Positions 8,670-18,476 are shown, counted from the first letter of the stretch. The stretch is 64,000 nt of DNA from Candidatus Ventricola sp. (GCA_051883735.1 JBJEUH010000077.1:2043-66042), one strand, 5' to 3'. The notes: generated by a model from the sequence alone, not told the origin. Numbers and translations: made by a program.

Positions 8670-8901
8670 GTTCATTCTCCTCAAACGTTTCAATTTCTGC
8701 CGTGTCCGGGTCGATCGTCTCGATGCGCTTCCTCTGCTGCGCAAGCAGCCCCTCGAGCTGCGCGTGCAGCTTCACACCCTGCTCGTAGAGCGCAATGGCC
8801 TCCTCGAGCGCCAGCTCGCTCCCGCTGAGCTTCTCCACCAGGGCGGTCAACTCCTGCATGCCCTCCTCAAAGGAGAGCGGCTTTTTCTTCTTAACGGCCA
8901 C
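8656..8901 (-). CDS. xseB: Exodeoxyribonuclease VII small subunit
   Basis: 81 aa. Helical XseB signature (SFEEGMQELTALVEKLSGSELALEEAIALYEQGVKL). GTG start after GGAGGG. Confidence 0.9.
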   Translation of the reverse strand: MAVKKKKPLSFEEGMQELTALVEKLSGSELALEEAIALYEQGVKLHAQLEGLLAQQRKRIETIDPDTAEIETFEENEHGVS

Positions 8902-8903
8902 GT

Positions 8904-10104
8904 TCAGCCCTCCTCGACGCTTCTATTCAGGATCTGCGCGTCCGCCATGCCGCTGGCAAAGCGGATCGCCACCACGTCGCCGCCGGCAACCTGCTCCGAC
9001 GACCGGACCGCCGCGCCGCCCTTGGTCACGATGGCATAGCCGCGCGAGAGCACGCGGTACGGGCTGAGCATGTCCAATTCGCGCCGGCGCTGGCTAAGCG
9101 CAGCCCCTTCAAGGGAAAGCCGCCCGTCCATCGCCCGGCGAAGCTGCACCTTAATCTGCGCGAGCCGCTCCGCCTCCGCGTCCAGCCGCCTGCGCGGCCT
9201 GCATGCGCAGAGCCTCGCCTCCAGCAGGCGAAGCGACGCTTCCTTCTGCCCCATCTGCCATTCGAGCGCGCCGCTCAGCGCATCGCGCATCGCCGCCATC
9301 TGCGCAAGCGTCTCGCTGCGCAGCGGGGTCACGCACTCCGCCGCCGCAGATGGCGTCGGCGCGCGCAGGTCCGCCGCCAGGTCGCACAGCGTCACATCGG
9401 TCTCATGGCCGACCGCCGAAACGACCGGCTTTGCGCAGGCCGCCACCGCGCGCACGACGCTTTCCTCGTTGAAGGTCCACAAATCCTCCATCGAGCCGCC
9501 GCCGCGCGCCACGATGATCACGCTCACGCTGTCGATCCTTTCAAGCAGGCGGATCGCCTGCACCACCTCGTCCGCCGCGCCAACGCCCTGCACCCTCACC
9601 GGGCACAGCAGAATCCGCGTCTGGGGGTCCCGCCGCAGCGACACGTTCATGATGTCGTGAATCACCGCGCCGGTCGGCGAGGTGACCACGCCGATCGTAT
9701 CCGGATACGGCGGCAGCGGCCGCTTGCGCTGCGCTTCAAACAGGCCCTCCTGCGAGAGCCTGGCCTTGAGCGCCAGCAGCCGTTCATAGAGCACGCCCAC
9801 GCCCTCCGGGTGCAGGCTCCGCGCATAGAACTGCATCTGTCCGCCCTTGACGTACAGGCCCACGCTGCCGGAGGCCACCGCGCGCATGCCCTCAAACGGC
9901 GCAGCCTGAAGCCTCACAGCATCGGAGGCGTACATCACGCAGCCGATCGCCGCGTTCTCGTCCTTGAGCGTGAAGAAGATCGTGCCCGTCTGATGGAATT
10001 TCAGGTTGCTGATCTCGCCCTTCAGCTCCACGCCGTGCAGCATCGGATCGAGCTGCAGCATGCGCCGGATGTATTCGCACAGCTGAGAGACAGTCAGCGT
10101 CAGT

Positions 10105-10115
<11 letters not shown>
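8904..10115 (-). CDS. xseA: Exodeoxyribonuclease VII large subunit
   Basis: 403 aa. N-terminal OB fold ([24 protein letters not shown]) and catalytic core ([17 protein letters not shown]). Overlaps the folD stop. Confidence 0.92.
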
Positions 10116-10953
<838 letters not shown>

Positions 10954-10956
10954 CGG

Positions 10957-11922
10957 TTATTCCTCCTTGTCGTTTTTGAACATCTCCGCGCCCAGCAGCG
11001 CCACGCCGACCGCGTTGTCGCCAGAGAGCTCCGGCCTGGCAAAGCAGAGGCGGCAGTTCAGCCTGCGCTTTTTCGCGCGCACAGTCAGCATCTCGCGCAG
11101 CAGCAGCGACGAAGCCACGCCGCCCGCCAGCAGCGCCTGACGGCATCCCGTCCGCTCGCACGCCGCCTCAATCTGCCGCTCGATCGTCCTTGACAGGAAG
11201 TCAAAGACCTCGGCGGCGATCTGCGCACGGCTCATTTCGCCCTCGTCCAGCCAGCGCGCGACCTTGTTTTCCGCGCCAGCCATGCAGCAATCGACGCCCC
11301 TGACCGATACGCCGATCAGGCCCTGCGTCTTCCCCTGCCGCGCGCCCTCCATCGCCAGCTTCTCCAGAGACGGCCCCGCCGGGAACGGCAGATCCATCCT
11401 CACGCCCGTGCGGTCCACCAGCTGGCCCGCATGCAGGTCGAGGCTGCCGCCCAACAGCGAGAGATTGCCCGCCTCGCACAGCAGGATCTCCGTCGTGCCG
11501 CCGGACAGGTGCAGCGCCAGAAACGGCTGCGCCGGATCGATTCCCGAATCCACCATCGCCGCGCGCACGTGTCCCTCTTGATGGCTGACAGGATAAAAAG
11601 GCACGCGCAGCAATGCTGCCGCTGCGCGCGCCTGGCTCTCTCCTGCCCGGAACACGGGCATATACGACTCCTGTGCCGGTCTGGGCCGCGTGCTCGCGCT
11701 CACAGCGACGATTTCCGCCTGCGGCGCCTTGCGCATCACGTCCGAAATCATGTCCGGCAGGTTCTTCACATGCTGAAACAGCCCCTGGGACTGCATCAGC
11801 CCGCGCTCGCCCGCTTCAACCGTCAGAAGGCGGCGGGAGGAGGCGACAATCCTGCCCGACACGGCCGCCAGCGCAGCGGAGGTCGTGTAGCAGCTGGTGT
11901 CCATGCCCAGCACGACTTTCAT
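10957..11922 (-). CDS. Kae1/TsaD-family (peptidase M22) protein
   Basis: 321 aa. ASKHA-fold N-terminus (LGMDTSCYTTSAAL) and an H-x3-H metal motif (SHQEGHVRA). ATGA overlap with the nusB stop. Confidence 0.7.
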   Translation of the reverse strand: MKVVLGMDTSCYTTSAALAAVSGRIVASSRRLLTVEAGERGLMQSQGLFQHVKNLPDMISDVMRKAPQAEIVAVSASTRPRPAQESYMPVFRAGESQARAAAALLRVPFYPVSHQEGHVRAAMVDSGIDPAQPFLALHLSGGTTEILLCEAGNLSLLGGSLDLHAGQLVDRTGVRMDLPFPAGPSLEKLAMEGARQGKTQGLIGVSVRGVDCCMAGAENKVARWLDEGEMSRAQIAAEVFDFLSRTIERQIEAACERTGCRQALLAGGVASSLLLREMLTVRAKKRRLNCRLCFARPELSGDNAVGVALLGAEMFKNDKEE

Positions 11923-12323
11923 GCCTTCGCCGCCAGCTTTCTGCTGATCGTGCCCAGCACGCCGTTGACGAAGGGACAGGAGGACTCGCTTGAATACTTG
12001 CGGGTCAGCTCCACCGCCTCGTTGATGGAAACGGCCGCCGGCAGGGACGCATACTTCATCTCATACGCGGACAGGCGGAGGATCGCCAGATCCACGCGGG
12101 ACAGACGCGCGAGCGTCCAACCCCGCAGGCAGGCGGCAATCTCCGCATCCAGATCGGCCGCGTGCTCCTTCACGCCCGCGACCACCATGTCGATGTACGC
12201 GCGGTCGTTCTCGCCCGGCTCGTAGTCGATCAGATCGACGAGGGCCTGCGTTTCGCCCTCGCCGCCAAAGAGTTGTTCAAAGATCAGCTGCATCGCAGCC
12301 TCACGTGCAATAGGACGCGCCAT
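11919..12323 (-). CDS. nusB: Transcription antitermination factor NusB
   Basis: MARPIAREAAMQLIFEQ..., with a C-terminal SINEAVELTRKYSSESSCPFVNGVLG. ATG at 12323 preferred over the upstream TTG. Confidence 0.9.
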   Translation of the reverse strand: MARPIAREAAMQLIFEQLFGGEGETQALVDLIDYEPGENDRAYIDMVVAGVKEHAADLDAEIAACLRGWTLARLSRVDLAILRLSAYEMKYASLPAAVSINEAVELTRKYSSESSCPFVNGVLGTISRKLAAKA

Positions 12324-12372
12324 GTTTCTTTTGCTCCGATCCAAGTTGATGATTTGTCCGCGCCGGGAGAGT

Positions 12373-12606
12373 TCAATCCTCCTCGCGGCGGAAGAACAGA
12401 ATGATCCTGCGCACGAAGGCGGCCTTGTCCTTCACGCCGCCGATAAACGCGCCGACCAGACAGAACAGCCCGATGATCAGCGTCTTGCCCACGCCGATGG
12501 TCAGCAGCAGCAGCGCAAAGATCAGCCCGACCGCGATGCCGAAGACCGTGCACGGCACGGTGCCGGGAGTCAGCATCTGGGAAAGGAAGGTCTTCTTGTC
12601 CATCAT
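12373..12606 (-). CDS. Small integral membrane protein (DUF2273-like) of the Asp23 operon
   Basis: 77 aa with two TM helices. ATGA-coupled to the upstream amaP-like gene. Usual third member of asp23-amaP operons. Confidence 0.7.
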   Translation of the reverse strand: MMDKKTFLSQMLTPGTVPCTVFGIAVGLIFALLLLTIGVGKTLIIGLFCLVGAFIGGVKDKAAFVRRIILFFRREED

Positions 12607-13391
12607 GCGTCCTCACCCGCTTCTTCCTGCACAGCCGCTTCTCCGGCTTCGCTTTCCTCCTGCGCCGGCTCCCCGTCCGCCGCGGCGGCGGGCTCTTCGG
12701 CCTTCTCCACGATCTCCTCGACGGGCGCAGCCTGCGAGGGCACCTCGTCCACGGCCACCAGCAGCGGCTCGTTTTCCTTCGTGCCCACGAGCGGCTCCTG
12801 GCCCAGCAGGGACGCCGGAATCGCAAACGGAGACTCCGCGGTGTGCTCGTTGGCCGGAAGCGCGCCGTCCACAAACACGCGCACCTCCTCCACCTTCACG
12901 CCGGAGCAGGCCTCCAGATACCGCTTGATCTGCTTCTGCAGGGAAGAGATCGCCAGCGGCATGCTGATGTCGGACTGCAGGGCGACGTGCACGTCCACGC
13001 GCACGCTCTCCTCGTCGCTGGAGAGCGAAGAGGAGACGACCTTGATCTCCGGATGCTGGCCCAGGCAGCGCTGCACCAGCGCCTCCAGCGCCTTGACGGA
13101 GATGCGGACCATGCCGTTCTCGTTCTGCTGGAGCGCAAAATTGCTGGAGCGCTTCTTGGTCGGCGGCAGGGTCACATGAATCAGGCGGAGCGCGAGGATC
13201 GCCAGCACCACAGCGGCGGCGATCAGGGCGATCTTCACCTTGAAGGACATATTGGAAATGCGGCCCAGCAACAGCACGACCGGGTCAACGGTGATTTTTC
13301 CCAGCACCAGCGCAATCGCCGCCGCGGCGCCGCACAGCGCGACCAGCGCGCAGAACAATACCCAGAAACGATCTCTTACGGGATGCTTCAT
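12603..13391 (-). CDS. amaP: Alkaline shock response membrane anchor protein AmaP-like
   Basis: 262 aa. Two N-terminal TM helices, then an Asp23-like soluble region (VRISVKALEALVQRCL...VRVDVHVALQSD) and an acidic tail. Confidence 0.7.
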   Translation of the reverse strand: MKHPVRDRFWVLFCALVALCGAAAAIALVLGKITVDPVVLLLGRISNMSFKVKIALIAAAVVLAILALRLIHVTLPPTKKRSSNFALQQNENGMVRISVKALEALVQRCLGQHPEIKVVSSSLSSDEESVRVDVHVALQSDISMPLAISSLQKQIKRYLEACSGVKVEEVRVFVDGALPANEHTAESPFAIPASLLGQEPLVGTKENEPLLVAVDEVPSQAAPVEEIVEKAEEPAAAADGEPAQEESEAGEAAVQEEAGEDA

Positions 13392-13440
13392 CGCGTATTC
13401 CTCCTTGTGTTTTTCACTCGGCAGTCAGGCGCGCAGGGAT

Positions 13441-13986
13441 TCACTCCTGCTCGTCCTGCTCATCCTCGTCCGGCTCCTCCTGGGTGTCCACGAGCTCGAC
13501 CGTCACCGCCTGCTCCTCGGCATCCTCAGCGTCCTCGGCCTCGCTCTCGGCGGCGGCATGCTCCTCCTCTTCCTCCGCGCTGGTCAGCGCGGCCCTCTGG
13601 CTGAGCTGCATCTCCTGGTTTTCCTTTTCGAAGCTCACGCCCACGACATGCAGATCGACCTTTTCCACATGCAGGCCGGTCATGGACTCGATGGACTTGC
13701 GCACGTTCTCCTGCGCGTCGCGGCCAACCTTCTGGATCGGCATGCCGTAATCGACGGTCACGCTGACGTCGACGTTGACATCCTGGCCGTCCATGTCCAC
13801 GCGAACGCCGCGCGGCGGCTTGCTCTTGCCGATGAGGCCGGAAATCGAGCCCGCGCCCACGATGCCGGAAATGCCCTCCACCTCCGTGGTCGCGACGCTC
13901 ACGATGGTCGAAATGACTTCGTTGGCGTATGTGATCTGACCGTTGTCCTGATCCTTTTCCATATCAATGGTCATGTTTTCGCTCAT
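13441..13986 (-). CDS. Asp23/Gls24 family envelope stress protein
   Basis: 181 aa. Typical ITYANEVISTIVSVATTEVEGISG ... VDVSVTVDYGMPI, followed by a 45-aa Glu/Asp-rich tail. Confidence 0.85.
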   Translation of the reverse strand: MSENMTIDMEKDQDNGQITYANEVISTIVSVATTEVEGISGIVGAGSISGLIGKSKPPRGVRVDMDGQDVNVDVSVTVDYGMPIQKVGRDAQENVRKSIESMTGLHVEKVDLHVVGVSFEKENQEMQLSQRAALTSAEEEEEHAAAESEAEDAEDAEEQAVTVELVDTQEEPDEDEQDEQE

Positions 13987-14013
13987 AAAAGCACCTCCCT
14001 ATGGTTATTCATT

Positions 14014-14042
14014 AGTATAGCAGATTTTTGTCCGGTGCACAA
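14014..14042 (-). promoter_or_regulatory. Sigma-A-type promoter of the asp23-nusB operon
   Basis: Minus strand reads TTGTGC-17 nt-TATACT, about 25 nt upstream of the asp23 SD. Confidence 0.45.
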
Positions 14043-14051
14043 TCTTCTCAT

Positions 14052-14564
14052 TCATTTTTTTGAAAGAATGATTTTCACGCATTCCGGCGCCAGTCCCGTC
14101 TGCGTCGCTGCCGCGTCGATGATTTGCACGCGGCTGCGCTCGTTTTCCGCCGCCTGCCAGGGGATGATCACCGCCGCGCTGTCCTCGCCGAGCACCACGG
14201 CCGCGTCGCCGAAGCCCATGTGCGCCAGCAGCGCCGTCAGCGCCGCCTCCTGCTCCATCCGTTTGGCCAGCGCCGTCTTTTCCTTCAGGGCCTCGTCCCT
14301 TGCGCCCGCGCCCGCGCTTGGATCGTCGATCACGCTCTGCACGAGCGCGAGCGCCTGTTCCCGTTCCTGCCGCAGCCTGTCCTGCGTCTCCTCAAGCGAG
14401 GAGGCGCCAAGCGCGCTCTCGCTGATCGTCTCCACCGCCACCGGCACGCTCACCGCCGAGGCCGGCGGCTGCTTCGCGCCCCAATAGCTGCACGCCGCCA
14501 GCAGCGCGACCAGCGCCGCGCAGCCCGCCGTGCGCATGCGGCGCGCCGCCTGTTCCCTGCTCAT
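14052..14564 (-). CDS. spoIIIAH: Stage III sporulation protein AH
   Basis: 170 aa. N-terminal signal/anchor, coiled region, C-terminal YscJ/FliF-like domain (AVVLGEDSAAVIIP...). Last gene of the spoIIIA operon. Confidence 0.75.
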   Translation of the reverse strand: MSREQAARRMRTAGCAALVALLAACSYWGAKQPPASAVSVPVAVETISESALGASSLEETQDRLRQEREQALALVQSVIDDPSAGAGARDEALKEKTALAKRMEQEAALTALLAHMGFGDAAVVLGEDSAAVIIPWQAAENERSRVQIIDAAATQTGLAPECVKIILSKK

Positions 14565-14568
14565 CCGC

Positions 14569-14955
14569 TCATCTTCCTCCCGTCACAACGCTCACCGACG
14601 AAGCCGGCAGCCCCAGCAGCGCGCAGACCGCCTGCCTCAGCTCCATCTCCACCAGCGGATCGTCCGCGCCCTGCGCCACGACAACCGCCCCGCAGGGCAC
14701 GCTCTCGCTGGCGGCTGCGCCGAACGCGCCGCCGGATGCTGTGACCTCGCGGGTGCGGATCGTCACCTCCACCTGCCCCGCGCCCTCCATGCATGAGAGC
14801 GTTTGGGCCAGGCGTGTTTCCAGCGGCGAGGCGCCCGTCCGCCGTCCGGCCGCCGCCAGCCAGGCGAGCAGCAGCGCCGCCGCAAGCAGCGCTGCCGCCT
14901 GCGGCGTAAGCGCCGCGCGCAGCCTCGAAAGGACGTCCTTCAAGCGCCTCACCAT
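14569..14955 (-). CDS. spoIIIAG: Stage III sporulation protein AG (compact)
   Basis: 128 aa. One TM helix, then GAGQVEVTIR ... GAVVVAQGADDPLVEMELRQAVCALLGLPASSVSV, which matches the AG C-terminal ring-forming motif. Chosen over the overlapping Gly/Arg-rich frame 14561..14959. Confidence 0.7.
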   Translation of the reverse strand: MVRRLKDVLSRLRAALTPQAAALLAAALLLAWLAAAGRRTGASPLETRLAQTLSCMEGAGQVEVTIRTREVTASGGAFGAAASESVPCGAVVVAQGADDPLVEMELRQAVCALLGLPASSVSVVTGGR

Positions 14956-14962
14956 CCATCCC

Positions 14963-15172
14963 TTATTTCACCAGAATCCCGAATATGCGCATCAGGTCGT
15001 TCTGCGCGGCCAGCTGCTCCGCCAGCTCGTGCGCGCCGGAGAGCACCAGATGCAGCATCAGCAGCCCGCCGAGCATCCTGAGTCCGCCCTGCCCGTCCGT
15101 CTCCCCGATCGCCATCTGCATGAGCGCACAGACCGCGCACAGCGCGCAAAGCCGCGCAATCAGCGTCATCAA
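14963..15172 (-). CDS. spoIIIAF: SpoIIIAF-position small membrane protein
   Basis: 69 aa with two hydrophobic helices, located between spoIIIAE and spoIIIAG. The assignment is positional only. It is far shorter than Bacillus SpoIIIAF (about 200 aa). Confidence 0.45.
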   Translation of the reverse strand: MMTLIARLCALCAVCALMQMAIGETDGQGGLRMLGGLLMLHLVLSGAHELAEQLAAQNDLMRIFGILVK

Positions 15173-15191
15173 TTTGCTTCCCCCTCCCTCG

Positions 15192-16352
15192 CTATCTCAG
15201 CATCACCGTCAGGTTGCCCACCAGCAAAAGCTGCACGATCAGCAGAAAGTACATCGTGCCCACGCACAGCATCGTGATCAGAAACAGCACGATCGTCCGC
15301 GAGAAATCCCCGATCGCGCGCACGATCTCCCCGTCGGCCACCGGCTCGAGCAGCGCCGCGCTCAGCTTCATCACGAACACCACCGCCAGCGTGCGCATGA
15401 GCGGCCCCAGGATGGCGCCCAGAAGCGCCAGCACCGCCGCCACGCCCAGCGCGTTCTTGACGATCAGCGTGCAGCCCACGAGCGTGTCCATCGTGTCGGA
15501 GAACATGCCGCCCACCACCGGCACAAAGTTGTCCACCGCATATTTGGCCGCGCGGATCACCACGCCGTCAATCGACGCGCTGCACACGCCTTGAAGCGAC
15601 ATCGCGCCCAGAAACACCGTGAAGCTCACGCCCAGCAGCCAGCACACGACGCTGCGCAGCAGCTGCGCCATGCGCGTCAGGTGCGCCCTGTCGGACAGAT
15701 GGTTGACGGCCGTCACCGCGCAGGTGCACATCACCAGCCGCAGGATCACCTCCCTCGCCAGGAACACCATGCTGCCCGAGGCCGCCACGACCATCGGATG
15801 CAGGAACGCCGAGGACGCGTTGCCGCCCAGCGCCGTGAGCAGCGTGAGCAGCAGCGGCAAGAGCTTGTCCATCCGCTCCGTCATCGCCGTGATCGTCTCG
15901 CGCGTGTGCTCAAGCTCCGAGAACACGAGCAGCATCACCGGAATCAGGATCAGCATGAAGCACACGCTGCGCGAGAGCGAGGACAGCGCGTCCCTCTGCG
16001 CGCCGAGCGTGTGCAGCAGGATGCTGGAGAGCAGCACCGGCAGCATGAGCGAGAGCATCAACGCCCCGAGGCCGTGCAGCGCCTCGCCGAACGCGCCGAG
16101 CACCCCGGCGAGCATCTCCTCCGGCGAGATCGTCTCGCCCGAGGCGAGCGCGAGGACCGCGTCCTTCACGCCCATGCGCCCAGGGAAGCCGGGAATCTCC
16201 ATCTCCTCAAGGGGCGAAAAATTAAGCCCCGCGACCACCTCGCCGATCGTCTCCTGCACGCGCTGCGCTGCAGCGTCCGCCTCCTGCGCCCGCACGGCGC
16301 ACGGCGGCAGGCACAAAAGCGCCGCCGCGCAAATCAGGATCCATCGTCTCAC
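15192..16352 (-). CDS. spoIIIAE: Stage III sporulation protein AE
   Basis: 387 aa. Signal peptide (WILICAAALLCLPPCAVRA) then a polytopic membrane domain. GTG start overlaps the spoIIIAD stop (GTGA). The N-terminal 125 aa of the ORF-track entry are out-of-gene read-through. Confidence 0.85.
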   Translation of the reverse strand: MRRWILICAAALLCLPPCAVRAQEADAAAQRVQETIGEVVAGLNFSPLEEMEIPGFPGRMGVKDAVLALASGETISPEEMLAGVLGAFGEALHGLGALMLSLMLPVLLSSILLHTLGAQRDALSSLSRSVCFMLILIPVMLLVFSELEHTRETITAMTERMDKLLPLLLTLLTALGGNASSAFLHPMVVAASGSMVFLAREVILRLVMCTCAVTAVNHLSDRAHLTRMAQLLRSVVCWLLGVSFTVFLGAMSLQGVCSASIDGVVIRAAKYAVDNFVPVVGGMFSDTMDTLVGCTLIVKNALGVAAVLALLGAILGPLMRTLAVVFVMKLSAALLEPVADGEIVRAIGDFSRTIVLFLITMLCVGTMYFLLIVQLLLVGNLTVMLR

Positions 16353-16741
16353 CTGAGCACATCCACCGCCATCTGCGTCAGCTCCATGAACACCGGCACC
16401 GCCACGCCCAGCAGCGCGATGCGCCCGCAGAACGCCGCCCGCCGCGCGATCGACGGTGCGTCCATGTCCTGACAGGCCTGCACGGCCAGCTGCGTCACCA
16501 GCACGATGCCCATCGCCTTGAGCATGATCCGGTAATACTGCGCGTCCAGCCCCAGCGACTGGAGAAACGCGCGGATCGTCTCGACAACCCCGCTGATGCC
16601 CGGCAGCACGAGCCCCATCACCAGCACGCCGAAGGCGATCGACAGCAGCCCCGCCATCTGCGGGTGCATCTGCCGCAGCACCATCACCATCGAGGCAGCC
16701 AGCAGACAAAAGCCGATCAGCCGAAGCCATTCCATGCGCAT
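16349..16741 (-). CDS. spoIIIAD: Stage III sporulation protein AD
   Basis: 130 aa, 4 TM, conserved KAMGIVLVTQLAVQACQD. The start may instead be the second ATG at 16735. Confidence 0.85.
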   Translation of the reverse strand: MRMEWLRLIGFCLLAASMVMVLRQMHPQMAGLLSIAFGVLVMGLVLPGISGVVETIRAFLQSLGLDAQYYRIMLKAMGIVLVTQLAVQACQDMDAPSIARRAAFCGRIALLGVAVPVFMELTQMAVDVLR

Positions 16742-16755
16742 CCCCCGCTTTCCGT

Positions 16756-16953
16756 TCAGTACAGGCCGAAGATGCTCTTGACGTTGTTGAGCAGCTGCGC
16801 GATGAGATCGACCACCAGAAACAGGACCACCACCAGCCCCGCCACGGAGGAGAGCACCGCGATGTCGTCCCTGCCCGCCTTTTGGAGCACCTGGTTGACG
16901 GCGAAGATGAGGATGCCCACGCCGGCGATCTGGAACAGCAGATCGATGTTCAT
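16756..16953 (-). CDS. spoIIIAC: Stage III sporulation protein AC
   Basis: 65 aa. MNIDLLFQIAGVGILIFAVNQVLQKAGRDD... is the highly conserved AC sequence. Confidence 0.9.
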   Translation of the reverse strand: MNIDLLFQIAGVGILIFAVNQVLQKAGRDDIAVLSSVAGLVVVLFLVVDLIAQLLNNVKSIFGLY

Positions 16954-16967
16954 CTCTTTCCCTCCCG

Positions 16968-17495
16968 CTAAATCAGAATCAGGAATGCCGCCGCGCCCAG
17001 CGAGACGCCCAGCGTGCGGATGAGCTGGGCGCGCCGCCCGCTCTCCCGCTCCAGCTCCTCCTCGCGCGCGCGCAGCCGTTCGTCCGCGCTGTCGATCAGG
17101 CGGATCTGCTCCGGCAGGCGCGTGCGCCCCAGCTCGGCGATCACGCCCTCAAACGCCGCGCGGTCCTCCTCGCTGAGCACGCCGTATCCCGGCAGGCGCG
17201 CCGTCTCCCCGGCAAAGAGCAGCATGAGCTGCGGGCTGCTGCATGTGCGCAGGCGGGCCGCGCAGCTGTGAAGAAGGCGCGTCAGCTCCCGCTCCTGCGG
17301 CGTGGCGCGCAGGTCGATGCGCTCCAGCAGCGCGGGCAGCTCCGGCTGCTCGTAGCGGATGATCCCGTTCATCCGAAGCAGACAGCGCCGCATCGCGCGG
17401 ATCCAGCGCACGCGCCGCTTCTCACCGTCCGAGAGCAAAAAGCCGATCGCGCTGATTCCGATCATCGCCATCACGGCCACATCCCAGCTGACCAT
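16968..17495 (-). CDS. spoIIIAB: Stage III sporulation protein AB
   Basis: 176 aa. N-terminal TM helix then a helical GspF-like domain. ATG with a GGAGGGA SD 7 nt upstream. Confidence 0.8.
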   Translation of the reverse strand: MVSWDVAVMAMIGISAIGFLLSDGEKRRVRWIRAMRRCLLRMNGIIRYEQPELPALLERIDLRATPQERELTRLLHSCAARLRTCSSPQLMLLFAGETARLPGYGVLSEEDRAAFEGVIAELGRTRLPEQIRLIDSADERLRAREEELERESGRRAQLIRTLGVSLGAAAFLILI

Positions 17496-18372
17496 GTTGA
17501 TCTCCCTCCATCTCTTTGCCCGCTTCATCGTACGCCGCAAGCACGCTGCCATGGTGTCCCAGCAGGATGTAGCGGTCAAACGCCCGCTCCCGCATCAGCC
17601 GCCGCAGAGCCGGCCGCCCCTTTGCGTCCTCCATGCCGCCTGCGTGTGCGGAGGCGAGCACGCCCACGCCGCAGCGCGCCGCATCAAGCAGCGCGTCCGC
17701 GTCCTCCTGCCGGCCGATCTCGTCCGTCACGATCACCTGCGGCGCCATGCTGCGCAGCAGCATCCCAAACGCGCGCGCCTTGTCCGCGCCGCAGAGCACA
17801 TGCAGCCTCAGCCCCTGCCGCGCGCCGAACAGCTCCTCCCGCTCGTCCGCCACGGCGACGCGCAGTCCCTTTTCCTCCGCCAGCCAGAGCGACGCGTCGC
17901 GCAGCACCGTCGTCTTGCCGCAGCCGGGCGGGCCCAGCAGCAGCACGCGCCGCGCCAGATCGCCCGACCCCAGCAGATACGGCCTGACCGCCCGGCTCGC
18001 GCCCGGCACGTCGCGGCTGATGCGGATGCACACGGAGGAAACCCCGCTCATCCGCCACACGCCGTCCTCCTGCGTCATTCTCCCGCACACGCCCGCCCGG
18101 TGGCCGCCCGCAATCGGGATGTATCCCTGCGCCATCTGGTGCTCGCAGCTGTACAGCGCGTAGCCGCACAGCGCGGCGAGCAGGCTGTCCATCTGCGCCG
18201 GGTCGATACAGACATCCGTGACCCGGCATTCGCCGCCGAGCGACAGCTCCGCCGCCCTTCCCGCGTAGATGCGGATCTCCTCCAGCCGCGCCGCCTCCCG
18301 CGCGCCCAGCGCATGAAGCGCGGCGGCCAGCGGCGGCGGCAGACGCGGGCAAAGCTGCTCCCTAAAGGGCAT
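17422..18372 (-). CDS. spoIIIAA: Stage III sporulation protein AA (secretion-type ATPase)
   Basis: 317 aa. Walker A LLGPPGCGKTT, Walker B VIVTDEIG. Start moved to MPFREQL, which has a GGAGGA SD. Confidence 0.85.
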   Translation of the reverse strand: MPFREQLCPRLPPPLAAALHALGAREAARLEEIRIYAGRAAELSLGGECRVTDVCIDPAQMDSLLAALCGYALYSCEHQMAQGYIPIAGGHRAGVCGRMTQEDGVWRMSGVSSVCIRISRDVPGASRAVRPYLLGSGDLARRVLLLGPPGCGKTTVLRDASLWLAEEKGLRVAVADEREELFGARQGLRLHVLCGADKARAFGMLLRSMAPQVIVTDEIGRQEDADALLDAARCGVGVLASAHAGGMEDAKGRPALRRLMRERAFDRYILLGHHGSVLAAYDEAGKEMEGDQHGQLGCGRDGDDRNQRDRLFALGR

Positions 18373-18410
18373 GGCATCTCCTCCAAACCTGGGCGCGCCA
18401 TTTCCGCCCA

Positions 18411-18441
18411 AACAGAAAACGCAGAGCGCCGTGCTCTGCGT
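18411..18441 (-). terminator. Intrinsic terminator after thiI
   Basis: Minus-strand ACGCAGAGC-ACGGC-GCTCTGCGT followed by TTTTCTGTTT. Confidence 0.55.
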
Positions 18442-18476
18442 CTATCCTATGACGGGTTTTTCCCTTTTAGGCCCGC

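Noticed and set aside
13441-13575. Acidic C-terminal tails (Asp23, AmaP, Def, and the first gene of the plus-strand pair) as a possible shared functional tag.
   Set aside because: These are probably simple compositional low-complexity tails. No shared sequence pattern exists beyond the Glu/Asp richness.
14561-14959. Alternative 132-aa frame overlapping spoIIIAG.
   Set aside because: It is Gly/Ala/Arg-rich junk. The other frame gives a TM helix plus the conserved SpoIIIAG C-terminal motif.
15192-16730. N-terminal extensions in the ORF track, for example the 512-aa spoIIIAE, the 575-aa ORF containing rpe (47241..48968), 45300..46556, 46615..47526 and 36790..38076.
   Set aside because: The extensions overlap upstream genes, lack SD sites and are compositionally aberrant. 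Internal starts with SD sites and stop-start overlaps give proteins of canonical length.
18373-18476. Sigma-E or sigma-G sporulation promoter upstream of spoIIIAA.
   Set aside because: I found no convincing match to the -35 (ATA-rich) and -10 (CATACA-T) consensus at proper spacing. Most of the spacer is occupied by the thiI terminator. The promoter remains unidentified.
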